Of a DNA stretch of 64,000 nucleotides, positions 35,713-48,345 are shown one piece after another (the stretch's first letter is position 1; each line of letters starts with the position of its first letter). Origin of the DNA: Okamejei kenojei (lineage: Eukaryota); contig CM069174.1 of the NCBI GenBank assembly GCA_035221665.1, positions 10,912,001 to 10,976,000 on the forward strand. Direction: 5' to 3'. The position numbers and the translations under genes are program-made. The notes below the pieces were generated by a model, which saw only the letters and a list, made by a program, of their open reading frames with translations, did no database searches and was not told the origin of the DNA.

Positions 35713-36979
35713 CTGCAATCACAATGGGGCGATTACTTTAAAAGAGAAAGGCTTTGAATTGATGCGTTTTGTTCAACTACCGCTGGTGATAGTTCACATG
35801 AAGATATATCAGTCTTCATTTTTTTTTTAAAGTTTAACTAAGAGCTCACCCTGCAACTCTTGGGCAATAAATGAGTAAAATCAAACTTTACCCCAAGCTG
35901 ATGGGGCTTGGATAACAGCACCATTCAAGGTGGTATTGGTAGAAGCAGCTTTACTCACTGCTGTGTGTTATGGCTCATTTTATGCAGTGGGATACCACAA
36001 CTCACTTCAGCACCCAACACCTTTGAGGGAGAAACCAGAAGCTGGGGGCGGAGTGGTGAAAGAAAACAACCCAAAGTACTCAGCAGGGATTTACTGTCAT
36101 GACCATTGCTCAGTCACCCAAGGCACCATACGGGGGTGGGTGGGGGTGGGGCATGATTAAGTTCTGATGTGACATCTAAACAGTCTGCTGACACCATCTT
36201 GGCTCAAAAATGAAGACTGTTACTATTCCTTCTCATGATTTTATGGTCAGCAGAAGTTGACCTGTTGAGGGAATTATTTATAAGGAAGCAAAGATCCAAA
36301 CAGTCAACTGTCTTATGTATTGAAGTGAAATAGTGAGACTCAACTAAATACTGTTTACAGAAGGGCAAATCTGCCGAGTTACACCTATGCATTATATGTA
36401 CAGAAGCCTTGCTAACACACAGAACAGAGGCGAGCACTTGAACAAATGAGGAAGAAATAAGGAGAAATCTGAAAATGGTGAAAGGAGTCTGCAAACTGAA
36501 AGTTGCACAATTCATGCAGAAATCAGGCAACAGCTCAGGCGTTAATCTTCTTTCAAAACATTAAAGCCTGTATATTTGATACTTCCTGATGTGATGTTGC
36601 TAGCTGCATAACAAAGATTGTCTGTGTATATATTGGAAAAACACATAATGCTTCATGTGACGGGGATCTTTATCTAGGTTAGTTCTTAATGAGTATCCGT
36701 TGACGTCCACAACGATTAAGAGCAATTCTTAATGTTGTTTAGCAATCTGCGGGAGAGAACAAATATCACAGATGAACTTACTCTGTGGAAAGTTGTGTTA
36801 TTTTATATATGTAAATATTTCACACAGTGCCTTCAGGCAGAAGTTTTGATAGTCTATCCCAGTTTGATGTTATGACTTTACTAATAATTGGGCAAGGTGC
36901 TGCAAAAGACTGGGGACAAATAGCATGGGTGACTTCAAAGATCCTTTCGTGGTTCATTAGCTGTACAACTCCTTAGATT

Positions 36980-37345
36980 GCATTCAAGCCCAGCTCCAGA
37001 GACTTGGACCACAACCCAAGCTAAAGCTTTCAACATCCTCATTACTGCACCAGAGATGCCGTCCTTAGGATGAGACATTAAACTATGATCCCATCTACCT
37101 TTTCAGGTCGACATCAAAGATCCCATGACACTACTGGAAGAGCAGGGGAGTTCTCTGGTCTCTTACCCAATTTCCATCCCTCAACCAATATATAAAGTAA
37201 ATCAGCAGCTGCTGTTCGTCAGATCACTTTGTGCGCAAGTTAGCCGCTGCTTTTCCATTCGTGACAAAGTTAGCTGCAGATCTTATTTCATTGGCGACAT
37301 AGTCCTTCAAACTGCTCTGGGGCAGAGAGAGATTGCAAGTATAAA
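36980..37345 (+). mobile_element. Deu-type SINE (SacSINE1-like), near full length
   Basis: ggatgagacattaaac...aaagatcccatgacacta...gaagagcaggggagttctc...tccctcaaccaa...tgtgcgcaagttagccgc...ttcattggc. Further fragments at ~27945-28135, 34490-34700(-) and 46240-46350. Confidence 0.7.
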
Positions 37346-37904
37346 ATTTTCCTCACATTTCCTCATTTTTTGTGTATTTTGCTTGCCTCTACAGTTGTTT
37401 CCAAATAAACTTCACGCTGCAATTACAATAAATGGTCTGTCAGTGCTGTCAGAGAGGAGTGACCATTTCCAGTGATTCCTCTTTACAGTCCCAAGATTCC
37501 ACAATTTCTGCTCACTTTCAGAACTTGAATGATGTAGCTTTAACTTTCCAGAATTGCAAATGGAGCCCACAATAAGTGACCCCCCCCCCCCCCCACCCCC
37601 GGACTGCTTGCCACAGATACCTACTCACAAGAGATAGAAGAGCACAACACTAACAATTTAGTGTCCAATCAGAGCAAAGGTACTACACAAAACTGTTCCC
37701 ATGTCTTATTCTAAATCCCCTCTCACTGTGTCACCTTGCCTTGGACCTTAAATTAGCACCAGAGGTCAACAACAGAATGGAGCATCATAACACTGGAGCA
37801 GCTGAGCAAGAGCAGACAACAATGCCAGGCCTGCTCTGCTGTCACAGCTGGAAAAGCTTTCCTGGTGGAAGTGCAGCGACCAAACTGTGAGTGCACATAT
37901 GCAG

Positions 37905-38455
37905 AAAACCAGCCACCTTACTTTGCTGAACACCTTTGCTCAGTCAGCCTAGACTGACCTGATCTCCTGGCTGCTAAACAATTTAATTCCCCTTCCCATT
38001 CCCACACTGATCTATCTGTCCTGGGTCTCCTTGATTGTCAAAGTGAGGCTAAACGCAACTTGGAGGAACAGCATCTCATATTTTGCTTGGGTAGCTTACA
38101 GCCCAGTGGTATAAGTATTGATTTCTTTAACTTTAAGTAACCCCAGCATTCCCTCTCTCTCCATCCCTCCCCCACCCAAGTCACACCAGCTTCTCGTTTT
38201 CACCCAACAAACAGCTAACAATGGACGGTTTCCGTTATCATCATTACTTTTTTGCATATCTTTCATTCATTGCTCTTTATCTCTCTACATCATCATCTAT
38301 ATCTCATGTTTCCCTTTCCCCTGACTAGTCTGAAGGTCTTGACCCGAAATGTCACCCATTCCTTCTTTCCAGAGATGCTGTCTGTCCCGCTGAGTTATTC
38401 CATTTTTTTGTGTCAATCTTTGGTTTAAACCAGCATCTGCAGTTCTTTCTTACAC
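37905..38455 (+). mobile_element. Penelope-like element 3' remnant (end of GIY-YIG domain + terminal repeat)
   Basis: FAEHL...FNSPSH...RNLEEQHLIFCLGSLQPSG, followed by the tctgaag..gacccgaaatgtcacc...ccagcatctgcagtt terminus. Confidence 0.8.
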
Positions 38456-41218
38456 CTTACTTTTAACCTTGAGCTGCAACAGAAAATTCTAATCTTCGAA
38501 AGTTGTTATAGGATCCTGGATAAATACTCGCTTGGTACCTTGAACAATAGCAAATATGCTGCTGAGACACATTATAGTGAGCTGGTAGAAGCTGAATTAA
38601 TTGAGTACTCATGCCAGCCATGATATAAGGTTGCCACGATTCTCACTGTAAACTAATAAAATACATTGGTTTTCTTTGGAAGCCACATATCATTTCATGG
38701 GACAGGACCTAGCTGTTGTCAAGTTTGCATCAGTAACTTGCTACTGATCAGCACCTAGCCAATTAAACTCCCTTCTGCACGCATGCTATGAAAAAGATAC
38801 AATCGCAATTTGCCACAAATAAACTTTATATCCCATATGCTTAATAAAATCTTTCCCTCTCTCCCACATATACATAAAGCATTTTCAGAAAAAAGGTGCA
38901 TTACTATTTATTGTATGCCATGCACAGAACTGACTTAGAAGACAACATCTACACTTCTCATGTGTCTCTCTATGATGGTCGCCGACAAGAATGGAAGATA
39001 TAATCACACAAGGAAAAGCACTGCGTTAAAGGACAAGCTGATTATTATTACAGATGATTTAAATAATATAAATCAACTTCACAAAATATGCAGAACTAAT
39101 TTTACAAAAGAACCTGGACATGAACAGGGAAAGCAAGGAGTGCATTCACCACACTGCTGCATCCCAGACCAACATTGCTGCAGGCTGGAAAAGACCTACA
39201 ATCTGGGTGCAGCAATCTCAAGCTGCAACCTAATCCTAGCATCCAGTCAGCCTGCTCAGAGCCTTGTGAGTAGATTGCAGAAGCATAATATGTACGAGAA
39301 TGCTGTATTAGTTGCATTTTGTTTCTTCAAATGTTAGTGCAAGTGTTCAGAAGAGTGTGAGCTTTACGATGGTCTAATATGCAGAGAATGCTGGCAGGAG
39401 GGTTTTGTTTTTAAAAGACAACTCTAGTTAAAACCTGATAACAAACCATTGCTGCAATAATGTAAAATTAGCTGAAACAGCAAAAGCAAAAGTCCACCAT
39501 CAAAATCACCAGAAAGATGTGATAGTGGGTGTGAAAAAAAACCGGCTCATCTTATTTAATATTTTGAAACAGTAAATAACCATTGACCCAGAATTGCTGA
39601 GAAGACAGAGTTCAATGCTCTTGGCGTTACTAGTGAGCAATTGCCTCAGTAACATGTGGTAATTGAGGGCTACCCAGTAAATTGCGAACTGCCACGTTGC
39701 TGAACTATTTGCTTTGCTCCACCTTGCAAAAACAGCCACTGATTGCCATCCTTCAAATATGTTTCAAGGTATTTGCTGCATTTGCGCCGGTAAAACAAAC
39801 ATAATTTATTGCAAAATCTATGATACATAATGATGCAAGCACCTTGTGAGATTTATCTTCTTGCAAACGCAAATTCCTTTCAACCCAGAGAGAAAACAAC
39901 TAAAATTGGATTATCATTCCTGCAGGCAGTAAACTGTTCCCAGGTTTTGTTTTTAATTTAAATGCAGATCTTGTATTTTTCTCAGACAATCAAAACTGCA
40001 GATGCTAGAAATTTAAAATAAAATCAGAAAATGTTGGAAATAGTCAGCAGATCAGGCCACGTTTGTGGGAAGAGAAAGTTCAGGTCAAAGACTTCACCTG
40101 TTAAAGGGTCCTTGACGTGAAATGTTAGCTCTTTTACTTTCCCTGTCTCTTTTCAATCTCTCTTAATCCATACATTCCACACTTCTCTTTTTGCACTTAA
40201 TTTGAAACTAATTCCCCCATTTCCTTTACCATTATACCTATTAAATCTTATGCTAAGAAATCTGCTTGTTCTGTCATTCACTAAGGTCCCTGATGCCCCA
40301 TTATCCTTGTCAAGCAGTTATCAGCAAACATTCCCAGCAATTTGCAACGTAAAATAGTAAGCTGCGAGGGTGAAAGAAAAAATCTAACAAATGAGGCACA
40401 TCGCCAGATGCTCAGGCCCACTAAATTCTAGGCCATTACACAGCAATTCAAGGCAAAATGCATCATTAAGTGTTGTTTTGTGGATTAATGTACTTTATCC
40501 ACATATAAATAACGTGTTTCAATAGAACACACTAAATATTCACAGAACATTGGCTTGAATTGTCCTATTTATTACTTACTACTCCACAACGGCACAGTAA
40601 GTGGTTGGAGTTTTGAGATTTGACAGGAAATGCCCCATCAGTTTTTCTGCTATCTTTCAGTTCCCAGTCACGACTGCAGAGTTGGTTTAGAGCAACGCCT
40701 AAGACACCACACTGCCTACCTCTTGCCAAGGAACCCAACACTCTATGACAGCACAGTGAACATCAAATTCAGTGCTCCTGTGTGAATGGGAAGTGAAAAC
40801 AGACACTTTCCGGCTTGATGTCCAGTTTGCCGTTTGCTTCTGATAGGCCTCGAGAGATGCTTCTGCTTTAAACAACACCAGATGCACTTCGAGTTGTTGC
40901 TACATAGGGGGTGCTAGCACACTGTAAGACTGGAGCAATTCCCATAGGTTTAGAAAATAAAGATTGTTAAATAACAGCATAAGGGAAACAATGTTTGTAA
41001 TTATCTGTACAAAATATGTTATCAGGCAAAAAATGAGCAACAACAAAACAATTTGCTAGGATGCCAGGCCCCAATTATTACCAACCAAACTCCCTCTGGA
41101 AACACATAAATGTAACCACCAGATAGAGGTTGAAAGGCCCTTTGAGTTCACTGCCACTGTCAATAAACTAAAGGTTCAATAGCACAGAAGGAATATAAGT
41201 GTAGAGGAATTTATTTAA

Positions 41219-41275
41219 GGGGGGGGGGGGGGGGGGTGGGAGGGGGGGGGGGGGGGGGGGAAGGGAGGGGAGGGG
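41219..41275 (+). repeat. Poly-G tract (G-quadruplex-prone)
   Basis: Two long G runs of ~18-19 nt plus shorter G runs, ~140 nt into the DNAJC14 intron that follows the large exon. Confidence 0.8.
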
Positions 41276-41414
41276 TATTAAAAATAACAAAATTGAGACA
41301 TTTTGTACTGTCATTCACAATTAGAACATTAGTTAAGGTAACTAGCTCAATATAAATAACTGAATGAGGCAGTTGGACTTTGTCTTTAATTAAATGTTTT
41401 TACACAGAACTTAC

Positions 41415-43253
41415 CAGCACGGCCAACTGCCGATAAGCCTTTTTCAGCTCGGCATCAGTGGCCGTTACCTCCACGCCTAGAACTTTAAAAGGATCCAGCT
41501 CCTCCTCTGGTACATCAGCCATTGCCAACAGTCGGTCAACCTCGTGATCTGGCTGGTACCTATTAGCACTAGGAGACTGGGGCGAAGGAGGCGAAGAAGG
41601 AGACTGGCCCGCAGTCCGCCATTTAGCAGTTAGCCACAATCTCATTTTCAATTTTTCCCACAGTCTTTTCAAATAATTCCAAGTTCTAGATTCTTCTATG
41701 GTGGAGCACAAGTAGTGCAGAAAACAAACAGTTACCGTGTGGGGAAAGTTTTCCTGGCCCCTGATGGGTAACCTCTGAAAAATCATGAAAACACCAGACT
41801 TTGCACATTTGTAGCCAAGTCGTAAGCATCCTATAAATAACATTAGTACTAGAAAAAGCAGAGCAAGCAGCATTTTTAAAAACTTCAGAGTCATCTTCAT
41901 CAAGGAAAGGCAAAACCTCCTCAGCTTCTCAGACCCCAACTTTGCCTGCTTAAGAAGCCACATGCTTGAGGTCCTTGCACTGCCCTTTAAGGAATTAAGA
42001 TCCTCTTTTTGTATCTGGCAACATGAATACACAAATTTGCCACCCATCTCCACATACTCTCCACACTTGTGGGTCACAAACAGAATGACGTCCATTACAA
42101 TTTTGATATAGGTTACACATCTCCAAAGCAGCTCCTCGGTTTGTTTCTGGATTCCAAACTTGAATCTATCCCGATTGTCGGTATGCTGCCGCTTCCTCTC
42201 AGCCTTCGAGTGCCTTTGTTTATTAATGGAAGACTTGCTATTTTTCTTTGTGTGCTCCCTCACATCCTCTTTATCGTAAGCATTTGAAGAGTTCTCTTTT
42301 GTCACCGATTTGTTTCTTTGCCTTTTGCTGCTTTTTCTGTTGGCCAGCTTCACCGGCTGCGTGACATCTTCCGTCACCTTTATGTGGCTTTCGGCCGTGC
42401 TGTCATGTTCATTGAATTCATCACATTTGTCCATTCCATCTTCTTGCGAAGCATTGGCAGAGTGAATGCAGTCCAAGTTGTCAAGAAATGACAGATTGTC
42501 GTCGGTGCTGAATGGGAAGTTGTGGTCTCCGTAGCTTCGGGATTCAAAACACCCGTCCAAAAACATCCGAGTACCTGCGGAGCCTTCCAACGGAGGAATG
42601 GATGACAGGCACCCGTCCTCCTGCGAGTCATTCTCAGTCACACCGTCGCGATTGGTTATTGCATCGGAAAGAGAGTACGGCTTCTCAACACTGGCCAACT
42701 CGGTCTCTCGGTTTTGAAGGTTACATCCCTCACATGACGTGCCGGAACAATAAAGAGGTGGCAGTTTCCCTGTAAAACCCAGCTGTCCACAGGGGAAGCT
42801 CAGCCCTTCCATATCCAACGTCTTCAGCTCCTCGTCTAAACGCTGATCTGAATATGGTTCTTTGTGGTCAAAGCACTTCATGTCACCGAGAGGCCAATCT
42901 GACACGGGCGGACTCTTCCCTGTCTCGGTATTTCTCGCAGGTCGTTGGCTTGTTCTTGGCCAGGTCTGATGACGATGCGATGTGTCGACATGTTCAGAAA
43001 TATACAGATCTGAGTCGATGTTGTCACGTCGTGCACGACAGGAATAATTTGGAAAAACATCCGTTTTTTCATCATGAGGAGAATTGGCAACTGGCCGATT
43101 TATCTGGGCAAACTGACAATGGCTGTGATGGAGCAGTTGGGATGCAACTTGCTGCTCCTCCTCCTCCTCCTCCTCCTCCTCATTCCAGTGGGATTTGTTT
43201 ATTTCTGACCACTGCAAATCACCTTGCCCACCATAGTGATCCTTTCCCTCCAT
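41415..43253 (-). CDS. DNAJC14: DNAJC14 large first coding exon (613 codons; exon acceptor at 43301)
   Basis: Long ORF ending EVDRLLAMADVPEEELDPFKVLGVEVTATDAELKKAYRQLAVL|gtaagt (J-domain start), with a hydrophobic TM-like segment. Spliced CDS is 2538 nt = 845 aa. The start codon is inferred. Confidence 0.9.
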
Positions 43254-43537
43254 TGCAGCTGAATCTCAAGTTACTGGTAATCATGTTTGTTCCATCTTCA
43301 CCTGCAATCAACAAGATATAATCAATGTTTTTAATTCTTCCATTGAAGTAAATACATATAGAATTTCAAATCTTGCAACAATGACATGGTAATAATTAAT
43401 AAAAGCCATCTCACAAATCAATACATTGCATCTATGCACAGTTATTTCCAGATCTACAAATACATAAATAGCCTACCTGCCTTAATGCAAGTCATGAATA
43501 ACATTACAGACACACATCTCTATAAATAACTTCACAC

Positions 43538-43955
43538 CTGCAGATACTGGAATCTTGAACAAAAAAAACAAAGTGCTGGAGGACTCTGAAGGATCCCAAT
43601 CCAAAATGTCACTTATCCATGTCCTCCAGAGATGCTGCCTGACCCAATAGACAATAGGTGCAGGAGTAAGCCATTCGGCCCTTCGAGCCAGCACCGCCAT
43701 TCAATATGATCATGGCTGATCATCCCTAATCTGTACCCCGTTCCTGCCCTCCCCATATCCCAACTCCACTATTTTTAAGAGCCCGATCTAGCTCTCTTGA
43801 AAGTATCCAGAGAACCTGCCTCCACCGCCCACTGAGGCAGATAATTCCATAGACTCACCACTCTCTGTGAGAAAAAGTGTTTCCTCGTCTCCGTTCTAAA
43901 TGGCTTACTCCTTATTCTTACCCACTGAGTTACTCCTGCACTTGGTGTCTTTTTT
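43538..43955. mobile_element. Penelope-derived element with nested CR1 3' fragment (43647-43920, minus)
   Basis: The arm sequence gatgctgcctgaccca|...|cccactgagttactcc is interrupted by the CR1 tail; short duplication accca at both junctions. Confidence 0.7.
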
Positions 43956-44989
43956 TATTCACACCTTAAGCTTGCTTACAATCATTATATTATAATGAAG
44001 ACTGCAATTACCTCTCCAGATCAATGATTCACCGTCAGAGAGAAACGTAACAGTATCCAGGCCAACCAATGCTTTCTTACCCATCTCACGACAATTCCCT
44101 CAATTTTCTTCTTATCTATAGTGAGAACATGTGTTAATAAGCCATAAAGACGTTAAGTTCCGGGATCAGTCTCTGAGAGTGAAAAACGAATGAAGGGATG
44201 GTGGTATCACTGGAACTGTCTATCAGCACAGCTGAGCACATTTGTTTTTCACTCTCAGAGGCAGAGAGATCCCAGAACTTATCATCTTTATGGCTACAGG
44301 CTGCAATGAAGTAGCTTATTAACACACATTACACAAGAGGTCAGAATTTAAAACACACACACAAATTAAGTTTGGATTGTGCAAGAAAATATCAAATTAG
44401 AACGTGCCTTTTCTCTAACGTTTCCAACTGTTTTCCAACATATACCTGGCCAAGATGTACAACTGGGATTGGAGGCTGCAGCACTGGGGAGATTTTTTTA
44501 AACTAGATCTCATTGCAGTTCGCATGTAGACACTGAATCCTGGAGAATGGCAGGAAAATATTTCTCCAGTGAATATGAGGCCTGATAAATTAATTTGCTG
44601 CCATTAAATTAACGATTTAAAAAGGATGCAAAATGGTATATGATGGATAAAAGCTCCAGATCTTAGAAAAAAAACAACCAAATTGATAAAATGGTGAACT
44701 AGGTAAATTGTCAGTACGTTCTTAGATTTATTCCCATTTCAGTGCTGAGAATATCTTCCAATGGATTCTGCAAATGTACCTGTGGACTAGGGGATAGAAA
44801 ATGTGATCCCCCAGAGAGCAGGAGGGACGGGCAGAGAAGAGGGCGAGAAGGGCGGGCAGGGAGAGTGCATGAATTCCAAGAAGAGAAGAATTAAATTCAA
44901 ATTGGCTTGGAGGAAGGAGTCTCAGATGGTGGTGAAGGGGTGTTTTTTCCGATAGGAGTGCCCACTCCCCCACTAAACACAATGTTTAA

Positions 44990-45433
44990 ATAACATTTCT
45001 CCTCCTCCCCTCCCACACTCTCCTTACAACAATGTAACAAATGTCACATTGCACTGGGTGGAACACTGAGAATCCCATTTACACAGTTTATGTAAATGGG
45101 ATCCCATTGTGATGTCCTATGCTGCTATCTGCCAGTGGAACACGGCAGAGGGGCAGTTTATGTAAATGAGATCCTATTGTAACGTCATAGCTGCTAACCG
45201 CCAGTGCAGATGAAATATTTTTTTCAATGTGGGGTTTTGTGAATAACTTGTAACGTATAACATCAATCTGAACGAAAGTTGATACAGGGCACTACAGGAC
45301 AATTGTGGGTAAGGTGGTCCAACAATTGTAGTGTAATCGAGTACCATTTTGGCGTAATTCAGGGCATGGCTCACAGACACACATGCACGCACACTCACAA
45401 ACAAACAAGATGAGAGTTTTAGTAATATATAGA
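44990..45433 (-). mobile_element. Probable non-autonomous Helitron fragment
   Basis: Minus strand starts TCTATATATTACTAAAACTCTCATCTTGTTTGTTTGT (TC start + GTTT microsatellite). Internal ~54-bp direct repeat at 45084 and 45154. No 3' CTRR/hairpin found. Confidence 0.45.
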
Positions 45434-46804
45434 CGAGCCAAATAGGATTAGCCCAATATGTCAACATGACCGGCATGGGAATATGGGGAGAATAAAAACA
45501 TGGGATTAATGTAAGATTAGTATAAATTGGTGGTTGATGGACAGCACAGACACGGTGGACAGAAGGGCCTGTTTCAGTGCTGTATCTCTCTGTGACTCCA
45601 TGTGATCAGCCGTAGTATGCACCCTGCCACTCCTATTGAACTTGGTTAATGAAACAGGGGCGCTGAATCAGAGCTCTCAATGGTCTGTGGCTTTAATTTC
45701 TTCACACAGGTTGTGGTTCTTTGGAATTTTCCACCTTGCAAGGTGCGAATGCACAGTGGTTAACCGTATTTAAGCTTGAGATTTATTTTGGCACAAAAGG
45801 AAATTGGGCACTGGGAGAGAAAACAAAAGTATATGATGACATTTAATGGTAGTCAAGGGACTGCATAGCTTACAATAGCTTTAGTTTATGTTCTTAACGT
45901 GCCACGGTGTATTTAATTGCCGACCACTGTATTAATGGTGTGCATTAGTACCTCAGTGCACAGGATGAATTTCCAGGAACAAGAATGTTAATGAAATCAG
46001 TGCAAACGAGCCATTATGTACACAGAGGCATGTTACCGATAGTGCTCCGACACCTGGAAAATTCTTCAGCTTCTCTTGGTGCCACCACAGGTACATTTCT
46101 CAACCAAGTCAATTCACGGCCCATTTCAGCCTTGACGCCACAATATAGACCAATATTTCAGTGCTGCATGGCAGAAACAGTATCTTTCAGATAACATATT
46201 CAATCAAAGTAGAGGCACAAAAGATCTCAAAACCACTGGTTAAAGAGCAGGAGAGATTTTCCAGTACCCTGATCAATATTTACCATTCAAACAAGGTCGC
46301 TGTAAAATGTTATTTTCTTGCGCACAACTTGGATGTTGTGATTCCTGAATAACTGTAGTGGCATCTCTATTGAAATCTGAATGAGAGTTTTGACCAAAAA
46401 CGTCACTTATCTATGTTCTCCAGAGATGTTCCCTGACCTGCTGAGTTACTCCAGCATTTTGTGCCCTTTTGTGGCATTTCTAAAGTTTGCTTGTGTACTC
46501 TACTATGGCCACCCTGCAGAGCACAGATTTCCTATAGTATTCTTGGCCTTCCCATCCAAACACTCACAGTAAACACACTCTGTACTTTAAAAAAGGCATC
46601 CACTCAGGCTGCACGCTGTTGTGCTGGGAATCTGGCATGAAATGCTGCCTGCCCTGCTGCTGTTCTTGGGCTGGAACTCTGATGCAAATCCCTGCCCTCC
46701 TGTTGGCACTCCTGCTCCAGTGCCCAAGATGGAGAGGCTGCCTCTCCATACTGCGCCTACTCTCAATTCCTCCGTCTCCACCGCAGCTGCTCCCCAGATG
46801 ACAG

Positions 46805-46970
46805 AGGAAGGAACCGAGGATGCTGGTTTATACCGAAGATAGACAGAGTGCTGGAGTACACAGTGGGTCAGACAGCATCGCTGGAGAAAAGACTAATTCT
46901 CTTTACAAAAGGCTTTTCTCCCGAGATGCTGCTTGACCTGCTGAGTTGCTCCAGCATTTTGTGTCTATCC
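46805..46970. mobile_element. Penelope-derived palindromic element abutting the PLE remnant
   Basis: gatagacagagtgctggag...cagcatcgctggag / ctcccgagatgctg...ctccagcattttgtgtctatc. Confidence 0.65.
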
Positions 46971-46974
46971 CCAG

Positions 46975-48345
46975 ATAGAGGGGTTCCATACCAGGACATT
47001 CAAGATGTCCATATTCTTCAGGAAACATGGGTTCTCCCCTATTGTCACAGATGTGGCCCTCACACTCATCTCATGCGTCCCTTCGTTCTGCTCTCGCTCC
47101 CCCTCCCACTGGACGCAACCAGGATAGTTTCCCTGGTCCTCACCTTTCACCCCATCTGCCTCCACCTCAATTACATTATCCTCTGACTCCCAACACCTCC
47201 TACGCGATCACACCACTAATCACATCTTCCCATCTCCATCCCTTTCCACCTTCCATAAAGACCACTCCCTCTGCAACTACTTGGTTCACCGATCCCATCC
47301 CTTCCCAACCAAACCACCCCCTCTCCAGGTACTTTCCCCTGCAACCGCAGGAGATGCAACGCATGTCGTTATACCTCCTCCCTCGACTCCATCCAGGGAC
47401 ACTGACAGTCCTTTCAGGTGTGACATAGGTTCACATCTACCTTCTCTAAACTCATTTACTACACCCGGTGTTCATGATGTGGGCTCCTGTACATCGTTGA
47501 GACAAAACGTAGACTCAGCGACCGTTTTGCTGAACACTTACATTTGGTCTGCCGAGGTCTACAGGATCTCCCGGTTGTTAATCATTTCAACTCCCCTTCC
47601 CACACTGTCCATTCTGTCTTGGGCCTCCTCCATTGCCAGAGTGAGGCCACATGCAAATTGGAGGAACAGCACCTCACATTTCGCCTGGGTAGCTTATAAC
47701 CCAGTGGTTTGAACAATTAATTCTCTAATTTTAAGTAACTTCTACAAGCAGTCCACTCTCCTTCCCCTTTACCCCGCCCTAGTTGTTTAACCAGTTCCAC
47801 AGTTCACATTATATTCCTCTGGCGATCACACCTTCCCAAGCCAACAATGGACTTACCAGGGCACCACCCTTGCCTGAGGTAATTTGGTGACAGCCCTGAT
47901 TTGTCGTGGTCTTTTCTTGTCTCCAGCTCTTCCCCCCTCCCCGCCTCAGTCTGAAGAAAGGACCCGACCCGAAGCAGATCACCTATCCTTTTTCTCCAGA
48001 GATGCTGCCTGATCTGCTGAATTACTCCAGCACTTTCTGTCTATCTTTGGTATAATGACTCCAGCATGTTCTGTCTATCTTTGGTATCTTTTTCAAGAGT
48101 CAAGTCAAGAGAGTTCTGTGGAATTCTCTGCCTCAGAGGGCGGTGGATGCCGTTCTCTGGATACTTTCAAGAGAGAGCTTGATAGGGCTCTTAAAGATAG
48201 CAGAGTCAGGGATATGCGGAGAAGGCAGGAACGGGGTACTGATTGGGGATGATCAGCCATGATCACATTGAATGGCGGTGCTGGATCAAAGGGCCGAATG
48301 GTCTACTGCGTCTATTGTCTATAAACCAGCATCTATAGTTCTTTG
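46975..48345 (+). mobile_element. Degenerate Penelope-like retroelement: RT-linker + GIY-YIG endonuclease + terminal repeat; CR1 3' fragment nested at ~48108-48322
   Basis: Frameshifted motifs LVLTFHP, GTFPCNRRRCN, LLYIVETKRRL (YIGET-like), RFAEHL, HFNSP, KLEEQHLTFRLGSL*PSGLN; then the tctgaagaaaggacccgacccgaa terminus. Confidence 0.85.

Noticed and set aside
42069-43321. Antisense/alternate-frame ORFs overlapping the large DNAJC14 exon
   Set aside because: Shadow ORFs of a coding exon with no recognisable motifs.
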